From NCBI RefSeq assembly GCF_009914755.1, contig NC_060932.1: a DNA stretch of 64,000 nucleotides; one strand, given 5' to 3'. Positions 13,774 to 32,293 of the stretch are shown here, piece by piece (within the stretch, counting starts at the first letter, position 1; each line of letters starts with the position of its first letter). The notes below the pieces were generated by a model. That model searched no databases. It worked only from the letters and a program-made list of their open reading frames with translations, and had not been told where the DNA came from. The stretch is from the human T2T-CHM13v2.0 reference genome, Homo sapiens. A program made the position numbers and the translations under genes.

Positions 13774-14150
13774 GATAGATAGATCTTATTTAAAAGTTTA
13801 TTAACTTATTATGAAGCTATAGCAGTAAGACAGCATGGCATTAGTGCAAGTATAGACAAATAGAACAATAGAACAGATTAAGGTTCCCAGCATCAGACTC
13901 ACGCATATGTGGAGCCTGATTTAAAACAAAGGTGGCACAGCTAGACAGTAGAGAAACAACAATCTTTTCAATAATTTTTGGTCTTGAAACAATTGGTTTT
14001 CCATAGGGGAAAAGAAAACTAAATAGGACCCCTAATTTATACCATACACAGAAATCATCACAGGTGGTTATAGAGCTAAATGAGAAAGAAAAATAATAAA
14101 GAAAAAAGAAAGATAATATAGGAAATAGTTTTATGACCTGGGAGTAGGGA
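11215..14150 (+). mobile_element. Old L1 fragments: 3' piece (11215-11400), 5' UTR with tandem monomers (11400-13400), ORF2 piece (13540-14150)
   Basis: GACATTATGCTAAGTGAAATAAG; internal degenerate repeats of about 170 bp at 12000-12700; GCAGTAAGACAGCATGGCATTAG ORF2-like sequence. Confidence 0.65.
13724..13784 (+). repeat. (GATA)n tetranucleotide microsatellite
   Basis: About 15 GATA units with one GAT interruption. Confidence 0.97.
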
Positions 14151-14195
14151 AAGATTAGTAAGCAAGAACCAGAAAATTAAGAATATGTGTGCTTA

Positions 14196-14543
<348 letters not shown>

Positions 14544-15605
14544 TTATAAGCTGTATCTCATTTCATCCTGAAAAAAAACCACGCATAACCTTCCAATGCA
14601 CTTTTTGAGGAGTTCTTGAGGCTGAGATGCTAAATAATGCATCTGAGGGTCTAGGCCTGCAAAGCAGAGTGTACCCAGGAATACCATGCTCCACTGACAC
14701 ACCACACACAGCCCTGTGGTTGTTGGCTGCCTGCGTAAAAGCCTGCCTTAAGGGTCAGAACAAAATCAAAGTTAGTGTCATCTTCACCCTCAGACATCCC
14801 TCATCACCCCAAGAGAGACAGGCCTAAGGGCCCTTCTCCAGGGCTGAGTCTCTGTCACTCCAGAGAAGCCCTGTCTGGCTCCACTCTGGACACTGTGCAT
14901 CCAACCTTGAACACAGCACTGAACCGACTCTTCTAAGGGAGAGTTTCAACTCCTCAACTCCAAAAAAGAAATCTCTCCTAGAACCTTCAGAGTCCCCTCA
15001 TCCTAGCCAACGTTTCATACCAGCCATTTGGAGAACAAAGTCCATCAGTGAACTTTTCCAGGACTTTTTTTTTTTTTTTTTTTTGCAGTATCTGCCTTCA
15101 GCCAGGTAAATAAGTCAGCTGCTAGACAAGGAAGCTGTCCCTTCTCCACTAGTTCTGAGCCCCTACCTTCTCTTGGTCAGGCCACTGGTTGACAATTTGA
15201 GAGACTCCGTGTGTCGGAACTGTCTTTCCAGGCTTAAATTCAGCCTGTGTTTCATAACACCCTTTCTCTGCGCTCCTGAGCTTTCAGTGGTGCTCCAGAG
15301 GAAAGGAGAGACAGAGCAGACATTTTCACTGCCATGTTTATATCAAAGTACATTTGAAGGCAGAGGGAAAGCGCTCAGGCCTAGGCATGGGGATCCTGGT
15401 CTTTTCTCCTATTCTGCTATCAGGAAACGTGACAGCCTTAGCTGAGTCTCTGGTTTTCCCGCGGTTTGTAGAAAAGGAGGTAGCACTGAAAGGCCAGGGC
15501 CTTTTCTTCCTCGAATTCTGCAGAACCCTGTGATCTCCTCAGTCTGCCCCTCCAGGAAGAGTGAGGCCAGGGTCCAGCCCCACCCATCGCAGCCCAGCCC
15601 AGCTC

Positions 15606-15611
15606 TATAAA
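15606..15611 (+). promoter_or_regulatory. TATA box of DEFB136
   Basis: TATAAA(GG) 60 bp upstream of the ATG, in a GC-rich proximal promoter. Confidence 0.75.
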
Positions 15612-15665
15612 GGAGCCTCCCAGGCAGACACCACTGGGAGTTCCAACTCTGTGCCCTCTTCGGCC

Positions 15666-15720
15666 ATGAACCTCTGTCTTTCTGCATTACTCTTTTTCCT
15701 GGTGATCTTACTGCCTTCAG
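15666..15720 (+). CDS. DEFB136: Beta-defensin 136, exon 1 (signal peptide)
   Basis: GCCATG start, then MNLCLSALLFFLVILLPS-G (55 nt) and a phase-1 GTAAGA donor at 15721. A TATA box lies 60 bp upstream. Confidence 0.96.
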
Positions 15721-16146
15721 GTAAGACAGTGGGCGTGAGTCTGAACATAAAAGTGGGTGTTCCCAAAGATTGAGATGCTTAAAAAACCCTCTAACTATAA
15801 GCCCAGCAACAGGACACCAATATCAAATGGGCCACCATGTTAGGGGCATGGTGAGCGGACCCCAGCTCCTGCCCTGCTCTGCTGTTGCTGCAGCTGGAAG
15901 ATCTGCCAGTGCACCGGGGACGGGGGTGGATGTCATTGTGCACACAGATCGTGCAGCCACCCAGATTCCTATCTCCCCTCCAATGCCTCTGGCTACCCTG
16001 AGCTTTATCTGCCTTGCTGAGTTGTGATAAGAGGTGAGGTAAATCACAACTAACAAGCCATCAACCAGGAGGTGATGGCAAGCCTAGGATTTCTCCCAGC
16101 CTCATTAAGATTGATTTTTCTTTTCTGTGGTCTCTCCCCGCTTCAG

Positions 16147-16328
16147 GAAAAGGTATGTTTGGGAATGATGGAGTCAAAGTTCGCACCTGCACTAGCCAGA
16201 AAGCCGTATGTTTCTTCGGGTGTCCGCCAGGATACAGGTGGATTGCGTTCTGCCACAATATTCTGTCTTGCTGTAAAAATATGACACGTTTTCAACCCCC
16301 GCAAGCCAAAGATCCATGGGTTCATTAA
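16147..16328 (+). CDS. DEFB136: Beta-defensin 136, exon 2 (mature peptide)
   Basis: Polypyrimidine tract and CAG acceptor at 16146, then (G)KGMFGNDGVKVRTCTSQKAVCFFGCPPGYRWIAFCHNILSCCKNMTRFQPPQAKDPWVH*. Six-cysteine motif; 78 aa in total. The ORF track misses it in this frame. Confidence 0.96.
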
Positions 16329-16329
16329 A
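16324..16329 (+). terminator. Candidate polyadenylation signal (ATTAAA) overlapping the DEFB136 stop codon
   Basis: CAT TAA AA forms ATTAAA, with a GT-rich element (CTGTGTGTC) about 40 nt downstream. Confidence 0.45.
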
Positions 16330-16550
16330 AGGATATGTGAATGGCTCAAAGTACTACACTCCTAATCTGTGTGTCAGGATCTTAGAGCTCGTAAGTGAGC
16401 CATGGGCAGAAATGAGGACCACATTCTGACAATTTACTGGCAAAATTCCAGAAACATTTTGTAAAGGCAGCACTGCCATGAAATGCATCCCCTGTTATTT
16501 TTCCTACCCTCCCATCTCCAATCACTCATTCCTCTTTCAAATTCAAATTC

Positions 16551-16856
16551 AGGCCAGGCGCAGTGGCTCACGCCTGCCCGCCTGTAATCCCAACACTTTG
16601 GGAGGCTAAGGTGAGCAGATCACTTGAGGTCAGGAGTTTGTGACCAGCCTGGCCAACATGGTGAAACCTCATCTCTACTAAAAATACAAAAATCTTCCGG
16701 GTGTGGTGGGTGCATGTAATCCTAGCTACTCAGGAGGCTGAGGCAGGAGAATTGCTTGAACCCGGGAGACGGAGGTTGCATTGAAAAGAGATCACGACAC
16801 TGCACTCCAGCCTGGACAACAGAGTGAGATTCCGTCTCAAAAAATAATAATAAAAA
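16551..16856 (+). mobile_element. Alu
   Basis: Full dimer with target-site duplication AAATTCAAATTC. Confidence 0.95.
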
Positions 16857-18542
16857 TTCAAATTCTATTGATTAATACAAGTTCACAGGCCCAAGCAATG
16901 ATATATTCTGGCCATAGAAACAAAAGCTAACCACACACCAGTCACACACTTGAGTGGTTTACATCTATTAGGGAAATTACTCCACACAATAAAATCTACA
17001 ATTTCTCCCATTTGGCAGATGAAGAATATTTTCCAAGGTCACACGACAAGAGTTAGTCCCAGGTTTAAATCCACAGAGTCTGCACGCAGTGTCTTGAGTG
17101 TAAAGTTGCACCACCTCTCCATTAGTAAGCATGGGAATCAAGCTAGATTGTGGTTCCAGTGAGGAGGCAAGAATCCAACTAGACCCCCCGAATGGCAAGA
17201 CCCTCAATGCTCATCCTGTGGTTTAAAGCCATCATGCTTCTGGTTGCCAAGTTGCTTTCATGGCTCTGTACTCAGTGGCTTTCACGAGTCCCGATCGGTT
17301 TCACCCTAAAATCCCACACACCGAACATGCTACTTTCACCAGTGCGGTGACACACTGGACCCTACACCCATTCCAAACCTGCAGCTGTCTGAAGGCAGCA
17401 CTGTCCAAGAGCACGTCCTCACCATCCACTCCAGGGTTCCCACCTGGAGGCAGAGGCCTCGGGTCTGCATTGAGACCCTCCTCATTCTCTACTAAGAAAA
17501 CAGAAGGGCAGCTGAGTTTTGGATCTCCCTTCTCCACAAACATGCCTAGCAGGCACACTCTGAACCTCTGCACCAAACGCTAAGCAGGGGTGAGCCGACT
17601 GCTCAGAGCCCAGCCTCAACATCGATCACCCAAATTCCAGCAAAGAAGAAAAATCAGAGATCATCATGGTCCATGAGGCGAGCCTCCGAGGGTATCATGC
17701 TTCAGCTGATCCCTTCGGGTCTGTGAGTGTGTCTACAGTGGTCCTGTGGCATCAGACCACCTGCACGTGCTCATTTCAAACCACCCCCTTATCAAAAAAA
17801 AAAAAAAAAACAGGGAAGGACATTGCAAAAGTTCACAAAACAATATCAATGCAATGAAATTAACATAAAAATAGAAAATAAAAGAGAAAACTGGGCGAAG
17901 GGAAAAAGCAGATATTCTTTCACCAGATGTCAAAAGGATCTAATGCTCAAAAAAGCCAAAAACTCCAACCCTTTTCTTGCAGTTTCTAAGGCCATGGTCA
18001 CTCCAGCCTGGTGGAGATGCTGCTCTAAGTTTGACAGTGGGGTGCAGAAAAGACACAACTCTCTCCAGCAGCATTCAGAGAGGACTGAAACGTTTACAAT
18101 TACTTTTGCTGAAAACCCACACAAGAAACAAGAATACTAAATTATCACACACAAACAGCATAATGTATTGACCCTGTAGCCCACTGGGTGTGGACTTTGA
18201 GTCAATGGGCAGTGTCTCTGAGGGGGCCACAGGTGTCAATCTCACTCTCCAAGTCCCAGGGCACCCATGAGGAGGGTCCAACATTTAGGCTTAGAGACCT
18301 ATATCCCCAGAAATTTTACTGGGGTGAATGACAGAATCACATGGGTGCCATTGAGATATCAGTTCGTCCCGGTGCAGCAAACTGTTTCAGGGCCATGACT
18401 GGACAGAACAGCCCTGCAGAGCCCCCTTGGTTTATGGGCACGTCTCACATCTATTCTGTGGGGGTAAGATGTATTCCCAGTACACTCTCTGTATGCTTAA
18501 GACATCCAGAGTTAATGTCTGTTACTTGAAACCAAGAAATCT

Positions 18543-18770
18543 GGCCAGGTGCGGTGGCTCATGCCTGTAATCCCAGCACTTAGGGAAGCCGAGGTGGGAA
18601 GATCATCTGAGGTCAGGAGTTTGATACTAGCCTGGCCAACATGGTGAAACTTCATCTCTACAAAAATACAAAAACTAGCTGGGCTGGTCTCGAACTCTTG
18701 ACCTCAGGTGATCCATCCACCTCGACCTTCCAAAGTGCTGGGATTACAGGTAGGCCCACCGCAACTGGCC
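18543..18770. mobile_element. Fused inverted Alu left arms
   Basis: Plus-strand left arm and linker (18543-18683) joined directly to a minus-strand left-arm 5' end (18682-18770). Confidence 0.9.
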
Positions 18771-19571
18771 AAATCACATATATTCAAAAGTACTCAGCTG
18801 TCAAATAATAATCACTGAGGACTCCCCATCCTGTGTCTGTCAAGTCACATTAAAGGGTTCAGATCTGGAGCCACGGCACTTTTCCAAAAGCCAGCATCTC
18901 TGCCTTTCAAGATCCACGTATGCAGAAGCTCAGTTTTGTTCAACAAACGTCAGAGGCCTCTTACCACCCAGTTCCTGATTTTGCATCTCAAGAACTCCAA
19001 AAACCATGCTGGCAACAACCATTTTTAGTGGAATGAGCAAGTGCGAGGAGAGGAGTGAAAAGGAGAGGGCGCTGTTGTATTATTGCCTCTGTGGAGCCCT
19101 TCTAGAAACCAGTTCAAGTTCTCCCTCTGGTCATTGGTCTGGAAGTGAGGGGACCTGAGAAGAGCAATCAACTTCTGCACAACAGAACCAGGTCATGTTG
19201 TGTCCCCCGAGATCATTATGATGTCCACCATCACTGAGATGGTGTCAGACCCTAAGAAAGGAAGGATTCTGTTAGCAAGACTAGCTGTCCCTACCATTGG
19301 ATGTTCAGAGATCCCGAATAAGAGCAGAGGTCTCATCAGTTTCCTGAAATTGGCCTTTGGCAGGGAGCACATGTCTCCCATCTCCACGATAACCACCCAC
19401 TGTGCTGGGCTCATGCCCAGACATCCCAGCAGACGGGACTGAGCATGGCATGGCTGGTGGGTCACAGGCAGACCCTGAGGTTCAGGCCTGGCCTGTTGGA
19501 AAGTACGGTCAGCCACAGCGGTATAGAAGCTAAATTCCCTGCCTTCTTTCCCCCGACCATCGAGCAATAGT

Positions 19572-19587
19572 GAGCGCCACCTGTCGG
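19572..19587 (-). promoter_or_regulatory. CTCF-like motif
   Basis: Minus strand CCGACAGGTGGCGCTC fits the CTCF core, in non-repeat DNA with retained CpGs. Confidence 0.6.
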
Positions 19588-20004
19588 ATCCAGGTGGTGT
19601 GTTATCCCCACAAAATCTAGGTGGAAGCCTCTGCTGCTCAGGCCTTCTCTGCTAGCACCAGCAGAGAGCTTCTGACCCGATCAGGCAGGAAAGCCTGGAG
19701 TCAACCTGTTGGGACAATAGTGCCTTCCTTATCTGCTGGTGCTTTGGTTTGGGGACACGGACAGCTTTTTTCTCAAATTATGAGACATCCCAGCTCTTCT
19801 TAGCCCACTCATCTGCTTCTGAGGACAAAAGCAATTCCATCGCACAGAGTTGATGGGAGTAGCAGTTCCTTAAGCTCCCTCCGAAAGATACCTGAGTGCT
19901 TCATATTGCAGCATATTTCACAAGCCATGCCAACCCTCACAGTTAGGGGTTTAAGCAGCCAATGCCAATGGCCACATGCTGAAGGGACAATGACAGTATT
20001 CTAG

Positions 20005-21099
<1,095 letters not shown>

Positions 21100-22222
21100 T
21101 CAACTAATTGCCAACCCATCAGGGGACCTGATAGTGTAAAATCTTTCATAACTAAAGTACAGGTGTAAAAACTAACATTCAGAGCAGGCAAGACATTTTC
21201 CCAGGACCACACAACTCATCAGTGTGCAAAACTGGGATTCAAACACAGATCTAGCCACTCCCTTTCTGCTTCCTGATCTGTAACATGAAGCCTCAGTCTC
21301 TCTCAGAGCACTGCTGGAACAGGAAGGGGAACAGGTGAACTGCAGCTTTCTGGAGATGTGGAGTCAGGTTAGAAAAGCATGGGTCAGGATGTCAGGAGAA
21401 ATTTTCCCTTCAAACCGGACCATGAGGCAGGGATCCTTAAGCTCATAGCCTGGGACTTTGACAGGACCTGACAGGTTGAACCTCGTCTGAGAAATTCCCT
21501 TCCCAGTATCTGGGCAGGAGATCTCTAGCTTCTGTCTGGTTTCCCCCACAGGTTAGCACTGCTCAGCTCTGCTCAACTGGGGAGCTAGACAAGAGAGGAA
21601 CTGAGAAGAAGGAGAAGCTGCAGAAGAAACTGACCTTTCTTTCAACTGCCCTGGAGTTAGCTCACTCCCAGAGGGATAAAAGACCTTGAATCAAAGTCTT
21701 TGGGCTGCATTTGATGGTGCTTTTCCTCCCACAACCTCAGGGGCAGGCTGACTCCCAGGTGCCTGGCTGGCTCCAACCTGAGTCCTGACAGGTGCAACCT
21801 GTATCTTGATGGCCTTCGATGGGCCTGGAAAAGGGCAGAAGGAGTACAAATGTTGCTGGTGTCTCAGGTCTCTTTCACAGACCAAAACCTCCCTGGAGTA
21901 GGGAAAGGCGTTTATTGGATTTGGCAGATTATCGAAAGCCTTACACCCTCTCCGTGTACACTCACGAGGCCCTGTCATCTGCAGCTGCAGCTGGGCCTCC
22001 TGACACTGAGCAGGTGTTCTGTGTAGAATGCGCCCTTCACACACACCAGAAATCAGTGGCTTTCTGACTTTAAAAGTAGATGTCTTGTGGGCTTGGTAAC
22101 CACAACCTAAATGGTTTCTAGGGAATGCAGCCAAATCAACTTTCTGAACTTCTATTTGCTGGGTTTGTTTCATCTCAAATGCTGAGAACTGTGAGCCAGG
22201 CCCAAATATAAAAGCCCTTTGG

Positions 22223-22525
22223 GGCTGAGTGCAATGGTTCATGCCTGCAATCCCGGCGCTTTGGAACTCCAAAGTGGGGCAGGTTGCTTGAACACAGGCA
22301 TTTAAGGCCAGCCTGGGCAACATGGCGAAACCCCCTATCTACAAAAAATACAAAACTTAGCCAGGTGTGGTGGCTTGCACCGGTACTCCCAGCTACTCAG
22401 GAGGCTGAGGTGGGGGGATCACTTGAGCCTGGGGAGACTGAGGCTGCAGTGAGCCATGATCGCACCACTGTGCACAGCCTGGGTGAGACACCAAGACCCT
22501 GTCCCAAAAATTAAAATTTAAAAAG
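22223..22525 (+). mobile_element. Alu (J-like)
   Basis: Diverged dimer with target-site duplication AAAAGCCC. Confidence 0.92.
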
Positions 22526-23936
22526 CCCCTCAGGAGACCCAGCCTAATATTACTGAACATGCTTGTGCTTTTCTTCACCTTTGCTCTAGGGGAATCTAAA
22601 ATCCCTCCCAGTTCTGCAATTCCCTGCTGTGGGCTCAGAAGCCTTAGTTATTCTGGAAGCAGCAAGAGGTTCATTTTAGGCCAAAATCTATTTATTCTTC
22701 TCTCAATGTCTTTCAAAGGAAAATGGAAAGTAATGCAGTGCTCCACATCTTCATTGAGGAAGAACATGATGTGTCCCCTTCGTTTCTCTAAAGGAAATGC
22801 TGCTTAGGCAAGTGTCTAAGCCATGAAGATCCCCCACCCTCGCTCTCACTCTCCTTCTCTTAGTCCTCTCTGTCTCACGTAAAGCAGACTCTTTGGAGGA
22901 TACACAGAGTTATTACAAATAAATACTGGGTTGTGCTGGCCCAGGGTATGCTGACTTTCTGCTCAGCCCATGGCAAACCACCATGGCTAAGAACTCGTTC
23001 TCCACACCCCTCTACCCGCTTAGCCCAGGCAGCATCCTGACCTGTGCCTGCAGTACACCTGGTGTGGGACTCAAGAAATATCCGATGACAGAGTGCATGA
23101 GAGGCAGTAGGGACAGGGCAAGCAGGGAGCACATGCTGCTCCCAGGGCCGCTGGCTGCCTGTCCTGGGAACAGGGGCCTGGGATGCCACCCAAATGTCAT
23201 CCATGGGCGCAGGACCATGGGCTGGTTGTGAGTGGGCTTTAGTATTGAACAGCTGGATCTCAAACCTGATTCTTCCTGAGCCACTGATTAGCTGGATGGT
23301 TATGAACGAGTCATTTAACCTCTATCAGCTTCAATGTGCTCTTCCCTAAGACAGGGATAATAAGAGAAGTTAATTCACAGGACTGTTGGGAGGATTAAGT
23401 GAGCTTAAAAAGTACTGAGCATGGCGGTTGGCAAATAGCAAGTGCTCGATGAGTATTAACCAGTAAATAAGCACTCAGCAGGTAGTAGCTGTCGCTGCTG
23501 CTGCTGCTGCTGTTATTTGCAAGTGGGTTTTGCCTTCTAATTCTTGCCGAATTATCTTCCCGCTGCGCCACATCAATGGCACGATGGGTCAGGGCAGCCA
23601 CCTCCAGTGCCCCGTAGGCTCAGATTCACTAACAGTTAGAAGCACCTGTTCCTAGATGTACCCATTAATGGACAGGAGAGTCTGCGGCCCACCCATTAGG
23701 GACAGAGTTCCCACAGCCATCCTGTCTTCCCAGTCATAGCAGCACCCCTCCCCCAGAAGCACCCTTCCCTCAGCAGCCTCACACCTGCCTGCTAGGAGGT
23801 CGTGTGGCTCATGAGCAAAGCCCAGGTCTGGGAGCCGGGGGTTTCCTCACCCATGCACTGACCGTGTCTATGACTCTAGGCACGTCACCTCAACTGCCTG
23901 CAATGTGAAGGCTTGGACTGAGGTACCATGGTGCTA

Positions 23937-24345
<409 letters not shown>

Positions 24346-24794
24346 AGAAAGAGGAATATGCCGTGCCCCATGGTCAGTTTCCTGCCAGGGGTGAAGGGAA
24401 GTGGCATCGTCACAAGAGAATTTCAAAACAATCATAAAAGCGACTAAGAGTCAGTGTATTATTTATTATTACCATGCTCCAGCAATTCTAGACAAGGTCA
24501 GTGATAACACTCCCGGGGGTGGGCGAGGGCAATCAGTCCCACTGTCCTCCACCTTGGTGTGCCATCGCCCGGGGGCCACAGCCTCCCACCTCTCCGATTC
24601 ACGCATTCCCTAAAATGCTCCATGCCAGGGCCCAGCCCCCTTTGCCAGAATCACATTATTTTTCTCTCTGCTCTGGCTGCTGAATGCTCCCCACCCTATC
24701 TCACTAAGATCACCTCTAGCTGGGAGCCCTCAACCCTCTTGGGCTCCTGATGTTCCTTTCAGCTTTACTTCCTGACTGTGCCCACTCCCTGCTC

Positions 24795-25670
<876 letters not shown>

Positions 25671-27609
25671 AACATAGCCAACAAAAGAGAATATAGGCTT
25701 GAATATTCATTGCACCAGCTCTGAAATCATGAGCTATTCAAGTAGACTCTCTGAAGCTCGGTTTTCTCATCTATAAATGGAGATGGTTTGTGCCATACCC
25801 ACTTGTGAAGATCTACTGAGATACTATATATATGAGTCTTTGAAAGAGTTACACAAGTATGAGTTGCTTTTTGATTTGTTTATCACCATTTTCATTATTT
25901 TGCTCAGCTCAAGCCCAGCCCTGGGACCCTGACAAGTGCTGGGCCAGGCAAGGCCAGGGCCAAAGATCTGCTTGGAAAATAAGTGGGAGGAGTCGCTGGA
26001 GGAATGCTTCCTCTTCTCTCTGTATCTATGTGCTTTCTGCTGTCCAGGTCCTCCTCCCTGAGCTGCCCGAGAGCTTCTGGGACCCAGGAAGTTTGGAGTC
26101 ACCTTCACACGCATACTTAGGCCTCCCTGCATCACCCACCTGCAGAGTCAATCTCAATTCTCTAAGAGCTGCTGGAACCAGGAGGAGGGGCTGCCCAGTG
26201 TTCCCGGGTGGAACAGCCCTGAGGACATTTCTATGGGAATTTCCCGGGTACCCTGGAGGGAGACGATACCCTTTCCCACTGAGAGAAGAGGTTTGGGAAG
26301 GAAATGAGGGGGATGGGAAAGGTTCCAAAATGGAATCATCTGTGAGATCTCAAGGGAACAGGCTCAGATGTAAATTTCATCATCAGCTGATCATCTAGAG
26401 CCTGCCTGGAGTCAGCGGCAAGGCTGTTTCTCCAGATGCTGGGAGAGGGGGTGCTGATATTGAACATCTGCATCCCTGCTGTGAGTGGCCCCAACAGAGA
26501 GCCCCCAAGGGCCTTGGCCATCACTGCCCCCTGCATCCGGAGCCCTCCCCAGGACCCATGAGCCCCCAGCTGAGTGTCCAGGGAGCCGAGGAACTGCACC
26601 TGAAGGCCTCTCCCAACAGCACTCTTGAGCGAGGCCCTCACCCACAGAGCACGGCAGGATTCATGAGCTGCTTTCACATAACGTGGACAGAGTTCATTAT
26701 TCCATTTTCTTTTAGAGAAGGAAACCGCAGCTCAGACAGTAAAATGATCTATACAAAGCCATATAGCTAGTGAGTAGGGGAGCTGGGAGTCCAGGCAGCT
26801 GTCCTGACTCGCAGTCTAGCGCTCTTTCCATTCGAATGCAGTGAAAAAAGAAGAACCAGGTTGATTATTTTGGCCTAAGCTTTATCATCTATTAAAAGCT
26901 AATCCCAACCCCATCTCCCCAAACTCTTGCTGCCCGGAATGTGTCCAGAAAGTACTCATGGGCTCAAAGATCGAACTTCCAGGGAAGAGAGATGGACATT
27001 GCAATTTCTGCCGAGAACCTCAGGACACATATTCCACATCCAACCCTGGGGACCTCCCAAGACAAGTGAGCTCGCTCCTCTTCTCAGCCCTCACTCTGCT
27101 CGGATCTCCAGGCTAAAGCACCCAGCTGCGTTGATTCCCAGGACACTACTCAGAGCTGTGTCTGAGCGGCCCCCACTCCTGCTGCACTCCCATTTGTTTC
27201 AAGCAGGATATTTCACATCTGGTCCTGCCCGAAGACAGAGAAAGAATGGGATGCTCTTGTCTCTAATCTCAGATTCCAAAATTCCATGAATACAGCTTGA
27301 GACCAAACTCATTTTGTGGGAGTTCACACCACTGACTACTCATATGAATTTTCCATCTACAAAAGCCAGTCATGCTTTGTCTCAAAGATGGTAATTAACC
27401 TTTACCTTCCCAAAATGGATGCTTATGGTACTGATTTTGGTTTTACCTGAGGGTGCAACCTTCCATTTATCCCAGTTTGACTTCATTTTATTAGACTTGG
27501 CCTCTCATGCCAACCTGTTGAGATCGTCTAGGTTTCAGATTCTGCCACCCTCTGGCGTGGCAAGAAACTCATTGTAGGGATGGGAGAGATGGACAGCACC
27601 TCTCCCAGG

Positions 27610-27880
<271 letters not shown>

Positions 27881-28159
27881 GTTTGGATTACTATTATTTT
27901 GGTAGAGAGGTGCAACCAGCTAGGCTTAGGGAACGCCTGTACCCCGCGACTTCATCCTGGGATCCCTGTCTTGAGTTGTGTAAGTTTGGGGCAACAATGA
28001 GTAAACTATGAGGTGGGGGAGGTCAAGCTTTATAGGCTTCTGCCCTTGTCTACTGCTGGTTACTTCCTCCTTCACCGGAGCACCTGCCACCCCACTCTCA
28101 GCAACGTTCATCTCGAAGAGGCTGAGACAAGCTGAATCCACAAAGGGAATCTCAATTGT

Positions 28160-28370
28160 AAGGATCAACAAACTTTTTCTGTGAAGGCCAGAGAGTAAAT
28201 ATTGTAGGCTTTGCAGGGCATGCAGTCCACATCACAACTACTCAACTCTGTGATGGAGTCAAAGTAGCTGTAGACAATATATGTGTGAAGCCGTGTTTCA
28301 ATAAAACTTTATTTATACAAACAGACAGTTGTCAGATTTAGCCCACAGGGTGCAATTTGCCAACTCCTAC
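28160..28370. mobile_element. MER58A-like hAT-Charlie DNA transposon
   Basis: AAACTTTTTCTGTGAAGGCCAG..GTAAATATT..CAACTACTCAACTCTG..AATAAAACTTTATTTATA..TTTGCCAACTCCT. Confidence 0.8.
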
Positions 28371-29843
28371 TCCACTGGGATATTTCAGCTGCTGTGGCCT
28401 ACCACAGAGCGCCACACAGAGAAGCTTGCACCAAGACTCTGCCCTCAAGCAGCTTCTAATCTACACGTTTGTGAAAGATGAGTAAGTATAGGAAGGGGGA
28501 ACATGTAATAATATTCTTTCATATCATCACAGCTTTTCCATTCACTCCTAGAGGGTTTACCCTGCACTCGCTGTGTGCCAGGCACTGTGCTCGGCCCGTG
28601 GGAAGGTAGAGATAAAGTCCCCACACTGCCCCAGGGAGTGCCCCATTCCCTCTGGAGCTGTGTGAACAAGGCTCTGGCCTTCTCTCCAGGAATACCAAAG
28701 GGAGCACAGAGACCAGAGGGCAAAGGAGGAACGGCAAAAATGGAGTGCCTAAATCACCTGCACACCTTCCGTCCTCAGCCCTCCGGTGTGACTTTGGATG
28801 ACTTATGAGCTCTAAATCTCAGCTCCTCCTCCTATTTGAGGAAACAATGCTTATCCCCAAGGATTGTTATGAAGCTTAAATGACACATGTGCAAAGCACA
28901 GGGCCTGAAACAAACTAGATGCTTACTAATTGATACTTTTGTTTCTTTATCTATGAAAGGATAAAAAAAATACTTCCCAATGGGGCTGTGCAAGATGGAT
29001 CACACCTGTAATCCCAGCATTTGGGAGGCCAGGGTGGGAGGACCACTTGAACCTAGGAGTTCAAGACCAGCCTAGGCAACATAGCAAGACCCTGTCTCAA
29101 AAAAAATTTTTTTAATTTAAAAATAATTTAAAAATTTTTCAAAAAGCTTTCTGATGAACACTACTGCTGACCATTCCATGCAATTCTGAGTAGTGTTATT
29201 CCCTCTAGAGCATCCCAAAATGCCAAAATTCATTCATTTATTCATTCATTCAGGTATTCTTCTTACAAACATATAATTCTCGCCTACTATGTAAGTACAC
29301 ACCCTCCAAAAAGCCTGGAGGTCTGTCCTCTTTGAGTTTACAGCATAGTAGAGATGATAAACTAAAAAATAAATAAAAATAAACAAGCTAATAATTACAA
29401 AAATGGCAATTGTTTGGAAGGAAGAGTGCAGGGAAAGATTTATATATGTACATGTGCGAACGTGTGTACATACATACACACATGTAATGTGCTGCACAAC
29501 ATACGTACCACACTCAGATCAAGGTATCAGATGTTCCCACCACCCCAGAAAAGTCCCTCATGCCATTCTCAGGCATTAACCCTACCAGAGACAACTACTA
29601 CTCTAAATTCTGTGACCATCAGTGAATTTTGTCTGTGGCTGAACTTGGTGTTAATGGAATCACACTGTGTGCAGTCTCGTGTGACTGGTTTCTTTTGGTC
29701 AAGGTTATGTTTATTAGGTTCATTCTGTTTGTGGAAGAGCAGTTCATTCTTTTTTATTACTGTCTATACCACAATGTATCTGTTCTCCTATTGGTGAGCA
29801 TTTGGCTTGCCTCCACTTTTTGGTTATTAAAAATAGAGCTATT

Positions 29844-32293
<2,450 letters not shown>

